From assembly GCA_030141605.1 (NCBI GenBank), contig JAQGDQ010000094.1, positions 186,001 to 250,000 on the forward strand: a stretch of DNA of 64,000 nt. Reading direction: 5' to 3'. A program made the translations under genes and the position numbers. The notes under the pieces were generated by a model that saw only the letters and a list, made by a program, of their open reading frames with translations, searched no databases and was not told where the DNA came from. This DNA comes from Tubiluchus corallicola. Lineage: Eukaryota; Animalia; Priapulida. This document shows positions 1 through 11,559 of the stretch, piece after piece; positions within the stretch are counted from its first letter, which is position 1, and every line of letters starts with the position of its first letter.

Positions 1-981
1 CTCAAGCTACGCTAGTTTTAAACACCAAAAGCAAAACCGTGATTACCGCGTCCACTGATAGACGGTGCCACGTTCCACGTAGATTCATATTACAAAAAAC
101 AGTGGCAATCATTGATTTCCATGGCCATGGTGTGTTGCGATCAACAGATTTCTTCTCTTGTCTTAGAAAGCACTACCACCTTTAATAACTGGTTAGCAAG
201 TTAACCATGTTTATATTTGAAATCTTTTTCGGTGAAAATACTGCGATCAGTCATACCGGTTTGTAAATGTTCTTAAAATAAATAGAGTTTATATATAAAA
301 TATTTTTCCTTATCCATATTAGATTTTTCCACAGTAAACTTTATTTAAATAATCATCAAAGTTTAGGACTTTCGCAATTCGCTAAACGTGAAATTAAAAC
401 ATCTTTACCAACACTTTTTCACAGAAAGTTAAAACTTCAAATCTTAATTTTGCTTGTATAATTTGTGCGACTAACATTACATTGCAAACCTGGGAGTGAA
501 CATTGTGCAGGCAAAACCAAATTCTGTACTGATGGCCAGTCCTTCTAACTATTCACACTAATGTCAGGTGAAATCTAAACTTTGTTTTGTAAGAAAATGA
601 TAATTATTTTTCACGTGATCAAATCAAGAACGCGAAAATCTAGATTAGAATAACATGTCTATATTTCTGTGTGCCACTAACTTAAATACTATACGCTTTA
701 GTCCCCCCCCCCCATCTTAACATCTATTGTTGTTTTAACTTTCCATTTTATTATTAATCAATTACTTCTTAAAGATGTTGTTCGTGTTTTAAAAGCTACC
801 TTTGTCTACAAGGTGCGGGACGAAAGTAATACAGCACTTTCCATAAAAAGGAAAGTAATGAATCATTAAATGCTCATTGATTAATCTGGATTAATACTAA
901 TATTTTGACTAGACAGCACGAAAAGCGGTTAATTCTCTTTATTCTTTCATAATTGCATAGTTGACATTGTTTTAGCTGATA

Positions 982-1064
982 TATAAAAGCTAGCATTGCT
1001 CTTCAGTGTTAATCATCACGTTTTGGAGCTGGTTGCTGGATCAGAATTGACTTACATCTTCCAG
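982..1064 (+). promoter_or_regulatory. Gene A TATA box and non-coding exon 1
   Basis: TATAAAA at 982-988, Inr-like TCAGT/ATCATC at 1003-1017 and a strong donor CCAG|GTAAGA at 1064/1065. Matching acceptor TATAG| at 1735 with branch-like ACTAAT near 1714, 5 nt before the ATG at 1741. Confidence 0.65.
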
Positions 1065-1309
1065 GTAAGAATTTTATTATCTTGACACTTGAGTTGTGGT
1101 ACAGTCGATATTCACGTATAGATTCACAGTAGAATTCATTATATAAAAATAATAGAAAGGTTACTAGCAAGATATTTCATAAGGCCAGATTTTTTCATAT
1201 AAATCATAAAATTTTGGTTTGACTTTATGTGTAAATAATTTATACAATTCTATAACTTGTACAGCAATTGTGTGAGCATATTGGGCAAACGTGGCAGATT
1301 GTAGGTTAG

Positions 1310-1470
1310 AGAAATAGAGTGTGAGAGAGAAACTGAGGGAGGGGGAGGAGAGAGAGAGAAAGAGGGATGAGACAGAAGCGTGAAAGAAAAGAGAGAAATA
1401 TAGAGAAAGAGTGCAGCCACAGATCCAGAGAGTCTCCCTGGGGCAGCCACAAAGATACACAGAGAGAGAC
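1310..1470. repeat. GA-rich low-complexity tract in gene A intron 1
   Basis: Runs of GAGA/GAAA. These explain the minus-strand SLSL-type ORFs. Confidence 0.8.
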
Positions 1471-1740
1471 ATGCGGAGTTCTTACCGTTTGAAACACATA
1501 GATAATTCAAATGAATAGTACATCAGTATTTTTATTTATATAATAATAATAAACTGATTTTCGCTGCAAAGATCTACGAAGATCAATATGCAAAACTATT
1601 CTGTTACTCTACTCGCCTTGCTTTGTAAAATTGAAGTGAAATTGTTCACTGCTTTGCAGCGTACAGAAGTTACTGAAGCTGCTATTTTATATTGCAAAAT
1701 ACAAGGACTGATAACTAATATGCGGCATATTATAGGAAAC

Positions 1741-2159
1741 ATGAGAAAACTACAGTTTTTCTTCGGAGCTTGCATTTTAGCGTTAGCTTATGCTGAATAT
1801 GGGAGGTACGGTAACAGGGGATACGACCCATATTCAGATAACGGATACGGACAAGAGGCATCCGGATACAGCTACCGACCATCAAATGGAGGATACGGCA
1901 AATCCGGTAACGGTGACCAAGGCTATCAGCCGTCTAATGGGGGTTATGCTCAACAAAATTATTACACCAAAAAACCAGAGTATTTTTATACTCAAAGCTA
2001 TGGGCCAATAAAAAGCGCTTCTTTGAGTGGATATGGACAAAGAAGTGGACAATATAGCTATAACCGACAAGGCAAAGCTTATGGTCAACTATCAGCAACT
2101 GACCAGGCTACAGCTCAGAAAACTGCAAGCAAGAAGAGAGGATACGACTACGATTACAA
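1741..2159 (+). CDS. Gene A coding exon 1: secreted Gly/Tyr-rich protein (signal peptide, GY-rich arm, start of conserved core)
   Basis: ATG just after the acceptor at 1735. MRKLQFFFGACILALAYA resembles a signal peptide. Exon ends at phase-2 donor AA|GTAATT (2159/2160), the same codon as in gene B. Confidence 0.88.
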
Positions 2160-2414
2160 GTAATTTTACTTACAAAAAGTTCCTTCAACAGCGTTCATAG
2201 CACTAAAATAACTCGCTACTCTGTAGAAACAAGTTACATATAATTTAATAAACTTTATTGCCAAGTTTATTTGATAAGAAAAAAGAACTTAAGTGTCTTA
2301 CTCTACAATATTTTTAACGTTTAAGAAATGTATATAGTTTTTTGACTTCTTTTGACCCTAGCACTGCCTGCAACGGTATTAGTATTAGTAGTGCTTGTAT
2401 TATTATCAGCAGTC

Positions 2415-2868
2415 ACAGGCATACGAGGCGGGGGGGGGGGGGGTCTGGCTTGAGGGGAGCGGTAGCGGTTCCAGGGCGAACGAATTGTAAATTTTCAGGG
2501 CAAAATCTGAATTATTATCGGGGCTATTAATTCTGTTTTATAATTTAAAACTTCAAAATCTCCCTCCGTCCTGCGCCTTTTATTGGCTTTTATCGAAGCA
2601 CTTTAAGTATAGGCAAATTGTTCTTTTAGCTTTTTAAATTAACAATATAACCGATATTAAGTTCATTTGCCCTATACATCAATGTAAAGACATGGTTACA
2701 GACATGTTTGCAAAGAAAAAAAACGTCATTATCATTTTTTGAACTTTTTAAATATTTGAAAAAGTATGCTTGAAAATCACTCATATTAGGCCGGGGCAAG
2801 TTAGAAAATTTCAAAGCAAATTCTTTCAGGTTCCTCCCCTTGTGAAATTTCCCTTCGTACGCCTATTG
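2415..2868. mobile_element. MITE-like insertion(s) in gene A intron 2
   Basis: CAGGCATACGAGG followed by poly-G at the left end and CCCTTCGTACGCCTA at the right end form imperfect terminal inverted repeats. A second C-rich end lies near 2560-2578. Confidence 0.5.
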
Positions 2869-2956
2869 CAATCCTAAACTTAACGGAAGCTTTGAAATAG
2901 TTTAAGGCAATATTTTTGTTATAAGGCTTAGTTACCGAAATTATCATACTTTTCAG

Positions 2957-3056
2957 GGAAGGTCATAAATACTATGTGCCCCGCACATTGTACAAGTACG
3001 ACACGTATCAGCCTCTAATCAGCTACATTGATGATTATGGATATCAGCATCATTAA
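2957..3056 (+). CDS. Gene A last coding exon ((K)EGHKYYVPRTLYKYDTYQPLISYIDDYGYQHH*); spliced protein 172 aa
   Basis: Acceptor TACTTTTCAG| at 2956 joins in frame and aligns without gaps to the last exon of gene B (GHxYxxPRxLYxYD). AATAAA at 3229-3234. Not in the ORF track. Confidence 0.88.
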
Positions 3057-4657
3057 CACTACAATCGAGAATGGCGACATCGACACCAGCTTCAACGAGA
3101 ACGCGAAGCAAAAGGATTATCATTGTACATACATTACATAATAGTATTGTGTACTTACTTAATTATACGTAAAATGGCCTTAAATGACGTCACAATTGCT
3201 CTCACGTGATATGTATCTCTATTTTGTAAATAAATTTTTTGGTTGTTCGCAGAAGTATTTTGTAGAGTTTCACTTCTTTGATATCTATAATGATCAACCG
3301 TATAATTTAAAGCAAGTCAACAACGTGCCCTAGTACAGTTGCTGCTGCTGCTATCACCATTGCAGCTGCTGTTTGTAAGTTCTATAGCTATTAGCTTTCA
3401 CTTTCGTACTTGTCAGCTAATAATAGGCTTATACGGGGATTACCACACACATAGCTAATTTAACATAAGGAAATTATAATATGCATTAGTGATGACTTCA
3501 TTAGCTTGCAAAATTTCTGCTATTAATTGCCTTTGATGTTTACATTTGATCTGAATAATTAACTTTGGATACCATACTATCAAAATACCATATATTTTAG
3601 TCTTGCATTGCTATATTTTAACTGCTGAACCAAACAATTAAAGAATATTATAAAAAAACTGTGTTTAATAAGTTTAACAATGTTTTTAAATTCGATATGC
3701 ATTGCCTTTATGTCCTTTAAGACACTCTATAATATGGCCAGGAGACAGCTATGTAATTAAATTAAGTACGAATCAATAATCAATAATATTAAGATAATCA
3801 ATAAAATTATCTTCATAATTTTTCGAGATAGTCAAACAATTTATAAATTTATTTCGTTTACAATATTTTCACATTTAAAGACAGATGGCACATTTTTACA
3901 AAAGCTAAGTTTCTGTAATCATAGAGAAAGTTCACAACAAAACGAAAGGAGGGACACAAGCACCCCTCATCCACTTGTACATGAACACTGAGCTTATTTT
4001 TCTAAACTCTGGCAATTCTTGTAAAGAAACACACTTCAACTAGAATAAGTTATGTTACGCGTTGTGATACATCATTACGTGTGTCACGTGACCTAGCAAT
4101 AACAGATAGCAATGTCATACTAAATTGAAGCTTTACGTGTCAAACTGAACCGCGACTGTTTTAAAACGCAATTAAAATTAATTATTGTTTTACAACTGTA
4201 ACACAACAGGCGTCTCCGTGACTGTCACTGCCAATCAAAGATGTCCTTGATCGTCACGTGACCTATTCCGTTTTTTGTTTCACTTTTTGAGAAAGTTTTT
4301 CTAGAATGTTGGTTATTAATGCTGCAAGCCAGCCTCGGGCAGAACTACAATTCACTAACCATATTTGATATGCCGATACACTTATTTTAGCCTAATAAAA
4401 CTTTTAGGTCTTAACTGTCGTCTTTATATATGTGACCTAGTTAATATTTTGTACAGCATGACTGTATACGTGCCACAGCAATTCATCACAACCGGGTCAC
4501 CAAACATCACAACAAAAGAGTAAAAGGACTGACAATTTCTAATGATTGCGACAAGACTTCAACTGGTAATTAATAGTTAAATCTTCTACATCTGTCAACA
4601 ACCTGTGTGAATGAGGTTTTCCTCTGAACATTAGTTGAGACCCATAAACAAAAACTA

Positions 4658-4782
4658 TGGCCACCATCGCCACAATACCCTCCACCGGCAAGACTGCTAC
4701 TACCGCCACTACCGCCACCATCGACGTTACCGACACCACAGCCACCGCCATTGCTAACACCACCAGCACCATCACCACCACC
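4658..4782. repeat. Degenerate (CCA/CCG)n trinucleotide repeat
   Basis: CACCACCGCCACC-type low complexity. Confidence 0.7.
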
Positions 4783-5292
4783 TTATTTTAGGTTTTTGTG
4801 CTCGTTTAGCCTTGAAAATTTTCTTAAATGTAAACTATTCCAGGAGTGCAAACTAATTGATTATCTGAGTGCAAACATATTCAAGGAATGCCGTAATGTG
4901 TAATATTTTTTAATTTAAAAATTAATTTCTAATTTTGCAAAGTTTCTTCAAAGTTACTCAATAAATATACCACGCACTTTTCAGTATTTAGCCATGCAGA
5001 GATTTTACACCCCAAAACTTCAAATGTAATATAGGCTAAAAACCAATTCTCGATTAATGAGCAGCAGTTTAGCACAAGACGAAAACTGTTGGTAAATCAA
5101 ATTAGTAAAGGACTTATGAGATATTCTATATTTTTGCAAATAACAATATGAAATTTATGTTATCAATATTACAGGAAATACAATTCATAAAGGCATAAGC
5201 TGAACCGAAACTCTTTGTTCTTGATAACTGGTTAAACGAGTCTTACTGTATTACTCGTGTAGTGTTTCTAGATTACGCAAGCGACACAGCTA

Positions 5293-6182
5293 AGAATGGC
5301 ACAGGAATAAATGGCATGGTAAAAATTTCACAGAAAAAATGGCACACTTAGCAAAATACGTGCTTAGGGTTAGATTACAGTGGGAAATAATTATTTTATT
5401 TATTTTTACGTCTGCCAAGGAAGTTATACTTCAACACAGTTTGTTTGTCTGTTTGACTGTTTCACTGTTTGTTCGGTTGTTTTTTTGTCTGCTATGGCCA
5501 AATTTCCAAAAACTGTGTGAAGAAAGAAGGGAGTAGGGTGCCAAAATGAGAATCTTTTCGCCGGTTCTTCTTTTGCAAAAGTCGATCGAACACCAAGTAC
5601 AAAAAACATTCGTGAAGCACTTCGTGGAAGTCTCAGAGGGAGTGTTTAATACTGCTTTTTGTTATCTTCACCTACATAGACAACTACGAGTTAGGTTCAG
5701 TTCCATTTCGAGACATTCTCGCTTGTAAATCTGTGTAGCGCTGTCTGTGGTAATAGACTGATAAATATATACGTACCAAGTCGCCTTACAAATATACACA
5801 TTAAAAATTATTAGTCTATTACCATCGCTAAAATGATAATGAAAAAGGTAGATAAACACTATGTGGAACATTCATGCATTTTATGAACAAATATTTTGTG
5901 AGTCTTTTGCTGGTCTATATAATACCAAGGTGAATTTTTGTAGGTTTGCATGTTTATCTTTATGTTAAATTTTTTGGGTCAAAAGAATCAGACGAATAAG
6001 TTTAGGCAGAGATCTGCTTCCTACTGAGCGTTTTATTATAGAAATCAATTGCATCAAAATAATTTCTTCCTACTTTTCCATTTGTGTCATTTTCCTGTAC
6101 CATTTTATCTACTTTTACATTTATGTCACTTTTCTTGTGCCTTTTTAACGTGCCATTTTTTCTCTGCCATTTTTACCGCGCA
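5293..6182. mobile_element. Foldback element with GGAAAAATGGCACA / TGTGCCATTTTTCC repeat arms, containing a Helentron-type non-autonomous (HINE-like) insert at about 5403-6040
   Basis: Left-arm repeats at 5293-5350 are the reverse complement of right-arm repeats at 6070-6182. The inner element runs from TTACGTCTGCCAAGGAAGTTAT, through a (TGTT/TGTC) tract, to TTAGGCAGAGATCTGCTTCCTACTGAGCG. Confidence 0.55.
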
Positions 6183-6830
6183 CTCATTCGACCATGTGGA
6201 TCACAACATAATTAACTGCCCTGCAATTACCCGTGATATTAATTCATTGTGTTGCGTCCAAACTTAAGGGCAAATTTTCGGAATGTGTCCACATTAAAAG
6301 TTTTGTACTCGAGGGTCGCCGTTGGGACCTTTGCTTCTTACTATATTTATACGACATAAACCTGATGCTACTGCTGAATGACTTGTTATACAAATGGCAC
6401 TATAGAATCATAGAGACGTTTATCAGACCTGAACAATGAACAATGCTCTGTCATACTGTTTGAAGTATATTTCCGATTGATCAGTCGTATTTTAAGATAC
6501 ATTTTACTGAAGAAAAAACTGACAAATAACGGCAAGGAATATTGCTGATTTATAATTTCTGAAATGTTTGAAGGATTACAAAACCTTAAAGACGTGACTT
6601 TGTGGACATTAGAATAGAGATTCAGAACAGAATATCACTTTCATTTTCTTTTGCTAACCATTATGATTGGACGAATTACATCAAAACGTCTTTTCTTGCA
6701 AAAGTGACTGAATTTTCTGAAAGTGAATGGAGATTAAATTACAGGTATAACGCCCACAGGTGAATGGTTTTCTCCCTCGGGTGTTATTTACTACTTCGTA
6801 TTCTAACAATCCGAGTGCAACATTTAGCAA

Positions 6831-7017
6831 TATAAAAGTGACCAACGCGTATAAGATTGCAGCAATTATCGATGACCCATATATTCATGAAACTGAAAGT
6901 ACTGTCACCATATCTGTGTCACAAACTGCACGGTCATCGAATATAAGTGTCTGAACTCAAAACTGTGTTAACCAAAGGCTAAGTGACAGTGAGAGAGATA
7001 GGAGAGGAACTTTCTTG
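6831..7017 (+). promoter_or_regulatory. Gene B candidate TATA box(es) and non-coding exon 1
   Basis: TATAAAA at 6831 and TATAAG at 6942, donor TTG|GTGAGT at 7017/7018, acceptor TTTGTTTCTAG| at 7565, 13 nt before the ATG. Same layout as gene A. Confidence 0.55.
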
Positions 7018-7578
7018 GTGAGTGATTGTTGTTAAACAACAAAAATTACAATTTTCGTGCATTGACTTATACTATACAGCTACTTGATAAAATCAATTTC
7101 TTTATTGAAACTATGTTTAAATGACCATTGTAGATAAACAGAACGATCAAATAAAGTGCTGATGTTTTGAGGAGCTAACTCGCTTACATCGCAATAAACT
7201 GTGCTTGTTTCGTGCATATTATGCACCGCAAACGTATTTTAGTAATTACTACTTTAGAAGTACTGATACCAACGTCGCATTATATGTTTAAGTAGTACTT
7301 ATACTTTATAGAAGTAGTACTTATTACAACTGGTAGGTTGGGGATGAAAAGCATATACTGTATGTAAAAATAATTCATAATTGTGCAACTCATAATTGGT
7401 AATACAAACTCATATTAAGTGTGTATAATGGTTTTGTAATTAAATATTTATTTCTAAACGAGACGTAAAATATATCAACACTTGAATTTTAAGCTGAATA
7501 TACAAAAGAAATATTTCCTGAAATCCATGGCAGTTATAACCTACTTGTTGGTGATTTGTTTCTAGATTTCACTCAAGT

Positions 7579-7853
7579 ATGAATACTTTGTTACTTTGCA
7601 CCGCGCTTTGCGTGGGCGTTGTCTATGGCACTGGTTATGGTCAGCAACAGCAAGTCGTAACACAAGCTCCAGGATTTTTCACCACAGTCCAGTACGGTCC
7701 AGTCGGAGAGGGTGGTATCAGCGGATCAGGAAAGAAATCTGCAGTAGTCAGCTACACTAGAGAAGGAAGTGCCGCTGGGAGCGTCTTCTCAGTTGATTCT
7801 GCTCAAGCTCAAGAAGACGCTACGAAAAAGCGAGGATACGAATATGATTATGC
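7579..7853 (+). CDS. Gene B coding exon 1: secreted protein, signal peptide plus conserved core
   Basis: MNTLLLCTALCVGVVYG resembles a signal peptide. Core aligns to gene A. Phase-2 donor GC|GTATGT at 7853/7854 after KKRGYEYDY. Confidence 0.88.
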
Positions 7854-8956
7854 GTATGTAAAACTTCTTTCTTAAATTCGCTTAATAACATTGTTGCAAA
7901 GGTGGCCAAGAGGTCCAGGGTTCAAAACTGGATTGACGAGACTTTCAATTGTTAGAAAGCGACTAAAAAACAAAAAAAGAGGAAACAAATCAAAATTTTG
8001 AAGGAAAAAACCTGGTAGAATTTTTCTCTTGGCTCTTTCATACTGCCCGTTCTGTGGAGCAGGTGCTTTGATAGCAAACGCACCTGCCTACGCTGCTGCT
8101 AAATCACGGAACCATTATATGCCGCCATACTTTTAGCTAAACGATATGCATTGGCTTCGTAAGAGGCGATCCATTACAATATGGAAAGGGGTACCTGAAA
8201 CTTGACTTCAGTGCACTAAATTACAGAAATAATTCTATATGTTAAGAATTAAAAAACTAAACAGGGTTGTCCAGAAAAAACGTTTCCCCCAAATTAATTC
8301 TTAAGCCTTCAACCTAACAGAGATATTTGCAAAAGAGATTCAAATCATCGTATCATCGTATATCCCTGTTTCATCTCTTGCCAAAGAGCTATCCTTTTTC
8401 CAAAGGGCCTTGGATAGAAATTTATAGCTCTTTGGGAAGCGGAAACACCGCGCTACACAATGATGTGGGTTCTTTAACAATGCCTATACTAGTATTACTG
8501 TAACATTTTATGCTTTTGGGTTTTTCTCTTTTTGCATTTTTCTTGATGATTTTGTTACAAAGTAGTAAAACAATGCAAAAATATTGATGTCTAGTGTTTT
8601 CTAGCTTTTTTCTTGTTATTCCTCGGCTGTAAGAATATAAACCGGTGTACTGAACTCATTTCGCTGGGTTTTTCATATGATTTTTTATTAACTAATTATT
8701 AATAAAAATTTCATTAACCGGCACACCAGCGTAACTGCTTGGCTGACATGCTGCCTACCTGCCTACCTGCCTACCTACCTAGCTGTTTGTCTGTCGATCA
8801 ATTTTGCCTGCTTATGTGACTTGCTACTTTCCTATTTTTAGACCTTCTAATTCAGTAGTGCTTTCCGCGTTTATATGACCAACTATAAGCAAAGAACATA
8901 AAATAAGTAACATGAAGGAAATAACACAAATCGCATTAATAATTATTTCATTGCAG

Positions 8957-9614
8957 ACTGGGTCACAATTACGAACAACCACGAGAGTTGTACAACTACG
9001 ACCAGGAAGAGCCCATCTGGGGTACAGCAGTCCGTATTGTACCGCAAACCACTGGTTATGGGGCCAACAAAGGTGCTGGGGCCACCCAAACAGTAGCTGT
9101 TGCCACTCCTGCAGTAGCAGTAGGAGGCCCTACAGTAGTTGGGGGAATACGCAGTGGCATTGGCGGTGGTTTTGGACAAAGTTATGGCGGGGGACTGTCT
9201 GGATTCGGTGGTCTTGGTGGGTATGGTGGTGGACTTGGTGGCGGTTTCAGCGGAGGTATTGCTGGTGTAGGTGGTCTCGGCAGTAACTACGCTGGTAACA
9301 TTGGTGGCGTTGGCGGAAGCTATGCTGGTGCTCTTGGAGGTGGCATTGGAGGAATTGGCGGCTATGGTGGCAGAACTGGAGGAATTGGTGGCTATGGTGG
9401 CGGAATTGGAGGAATTGGCGGCTATGGTGGCGGAATTGGTGGCATTGGAGGCAGAACTGGAGGAATTGGCGGCTATGGTGGCAGAACTGGAGGAATTGGT
9501 GGCATTGGAGGCGGAATTGGAGGAATTGGCGGCTATGGTGGCGGAATTGGTGGCATTGGTGGCGGAATTGGAGGTATTGGTGGCGGTTATGGTGGCGGTG
9601 TTATAGGGCGTTAA
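8957..9614 (+). CDS. Gene B last coding exon: end of core plus Gly-rich GGIGGYGG tail; spliced protein 310 aa
   Basis: Acceptor TTTCATTGCAG| at 8956 gives in-frame (A)LGHNYEQPRELYNYDQEEPIWG, continuing into ORF 8988-9614. AATAAA at 10052 and 10101. Confidence 0.9.
9345..9600 (+). repeat. Coding minisatellite, about 30-bp units encoding GGIGGYGG(RT/GI)
   Basis: Tandem GGAGGAATTGGCGGCTATGGTGGC(A/G)GAA(C/T)T with shorter variants. Confidence 0.9.
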
Positions 9615-10899
9615 ATTCTTATTTCAGCTCCAACGCGACGGGTATAACTTGCAGTTGCACCACCACGGTGACAAGAAGTAAATTTCAACTGCAACATGAA
9701 CTGGATAATTGAAATAACACTAACTTGGTGAAATAACCGTGTCTAATTTTACTGGATCGTAACGTCCAGTGGCAACTGTGATAGGTGAAGGGTGATTATC
9801 AATGTTTTATTTAATTGTTCTTATATTATAACTTTGTTAGACATCCAAAGAAGACTCGTGTACATGGCCTTGTCAGAGTCACAACTATTTAAACTCATTT
9901 TTCATCAACACTTTTTGTATATTGCGAAACCAGAGTACGTGAGAATGAGAGGGAGAAAGAGAGAGAACGTCTTTGCCTTTGGTTCAACAGATTATTGTTT
10001 ATTGATTATCGATTACAACGCTCCACAATGCATGTATGTGAAATCGTGGTCAATAAAGCAATCACCTGTTCCTTGTACATAATTTGACACATCTTGTATA
10101 AATAAACACTGTTTCAACTGTAAAAAATGGTGTGTCTTTGTTTTTCTTTGCTGTCATACATAAACCAAGTCAATACTCAACAATTATTTATAAACAACAT
10201 CAAAAATCAAGGCAATATCAAGAAAAATGATGTTAATATCTAATATCCTACAATAAAAATCCTTATTGCATGTACCATTTCAACTAAATGCAAGCAGATA
10301 ACAGCAGATTCCATTTAATGTACATGGTTTTGACAAGATCGGGACCTTGCTCATTATCAAGAGTGTCTTAAGAAGTGAAGTAACTATAAAATGCTAACTT
10401 ATTAAAACCTTTCACAAAATTTAAAAACTCTGTCGGATATCATTTACCAGGTTGCAAGAGAAAAAAGGTAGCTCTTAAAAACTCAGTCTATGTACCAGAG
10501 CTAGTTAAACAAGTCTTCGAAGCATGTAGACGTGCTCCCGAAACGTTAAACATACATGTAGTAGAATGTACAGCAGTTTCATACTGTCATTTGTCAGTGT
10601 CTGAGTTAATTGAAGTTTACTGAAGTTCTTAATAAATATCAATGAACACTAGTATGGAAAACCCAGCAATTACTCGTTCTGTAAGTTTGACCAGTATAGT
10701 AGTAATACACAGATGACAGAAGCTTCGCAGGGAGGCAGATATAATCTCGTAAGACTATTCTCTAATAAATTCGGCGAGAATGTTTACTAACTAATGACAA
10801 AGTGACTTGCAATACTACAATTAAAAGACACATCTTAAAAAACTTGGTCGACAAAATTTGTTTATCTGTTGAGGAAATTGATCCCTCAATGAAATGTGA

Positions 10900-11215
10900 C
10901 TCGAAAGCAACATCAGGTTATCGAAATCCCTTTTAGGTTAAAAAGAGTGCTTTTCAGGCAGCATTGCTATCATCAGTTATGTACAGCTGCGAGTCTTGGT
11001 TAAAACCTAGCCTAAAATACGTCAGCAGTATGTACACGGAGTGCCTTGAGACTTGTTTAAACGTCAAACTTACTACAATTAATGTTCTGTACCTATATGG
11101 CCTCCCTATTCTGAAAGCCTGTGTTCAGCACCGTCGACTCCTGTTTTGGCAAAAAATTGAAAGCCATTTGTCTCTGCATGAACTCTTACCAAACTTCTTG
11201 ATAAAGCCATAGCCA
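10900..11215 (+). mobile_element. Decayed LINE ORF2 C-terminal fragment
   Basis: LLSSVMYSCESW resembles the post-RT LLYGCETW motif of non-LTR elements. Confidence 0.45.
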
Positions 11216-11559
11216 ATGGTTGTCGTACAGCAAAGTATATCAACAATCAAGGCCTTGGGCACCCAAAACGTCATGAATTCCGATAAACATCGCCTAAACG
11301 ACTTAATATCGAATCCGGGGAGTCGCTAGTGGCGCTAATGGCGGGCAATTCAAAATAAATTTACTCGCAGAGAAATTCATAAATATCTCAAGTTAGTACT
11401 GGTTATAAATTAACAAACTCTAAAATATTAACATATAAACGTCAGCCTAAAACATCGTATCTTGTATGAATGGCGCGAAATCGTTAACAAAGTAAACTTC
11501 GACACGCATCCCGCATTCGATTCCCGTACTGCTGCTGAGGCGAAGTTTCAAAACGTTAG

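Noticed and set aside
1588-1740. 51-aa N-terminal extension of ORF 1588-2163
   Set aside because: It lies almost entirely in the predicted intron. The acceptor at 1735 and the signal peptide at ATG 1741 match the layout of the paralogue.
8912-9606. Alternative-frame ORFs (Trp-rich 8912-9286 and the AELEEL repeat 9271-9606)
   Set aside because: These are shadow frames of the Gly-rich exon. Only the Gly frame is in phase with the upstream exon and homologous to gene A.
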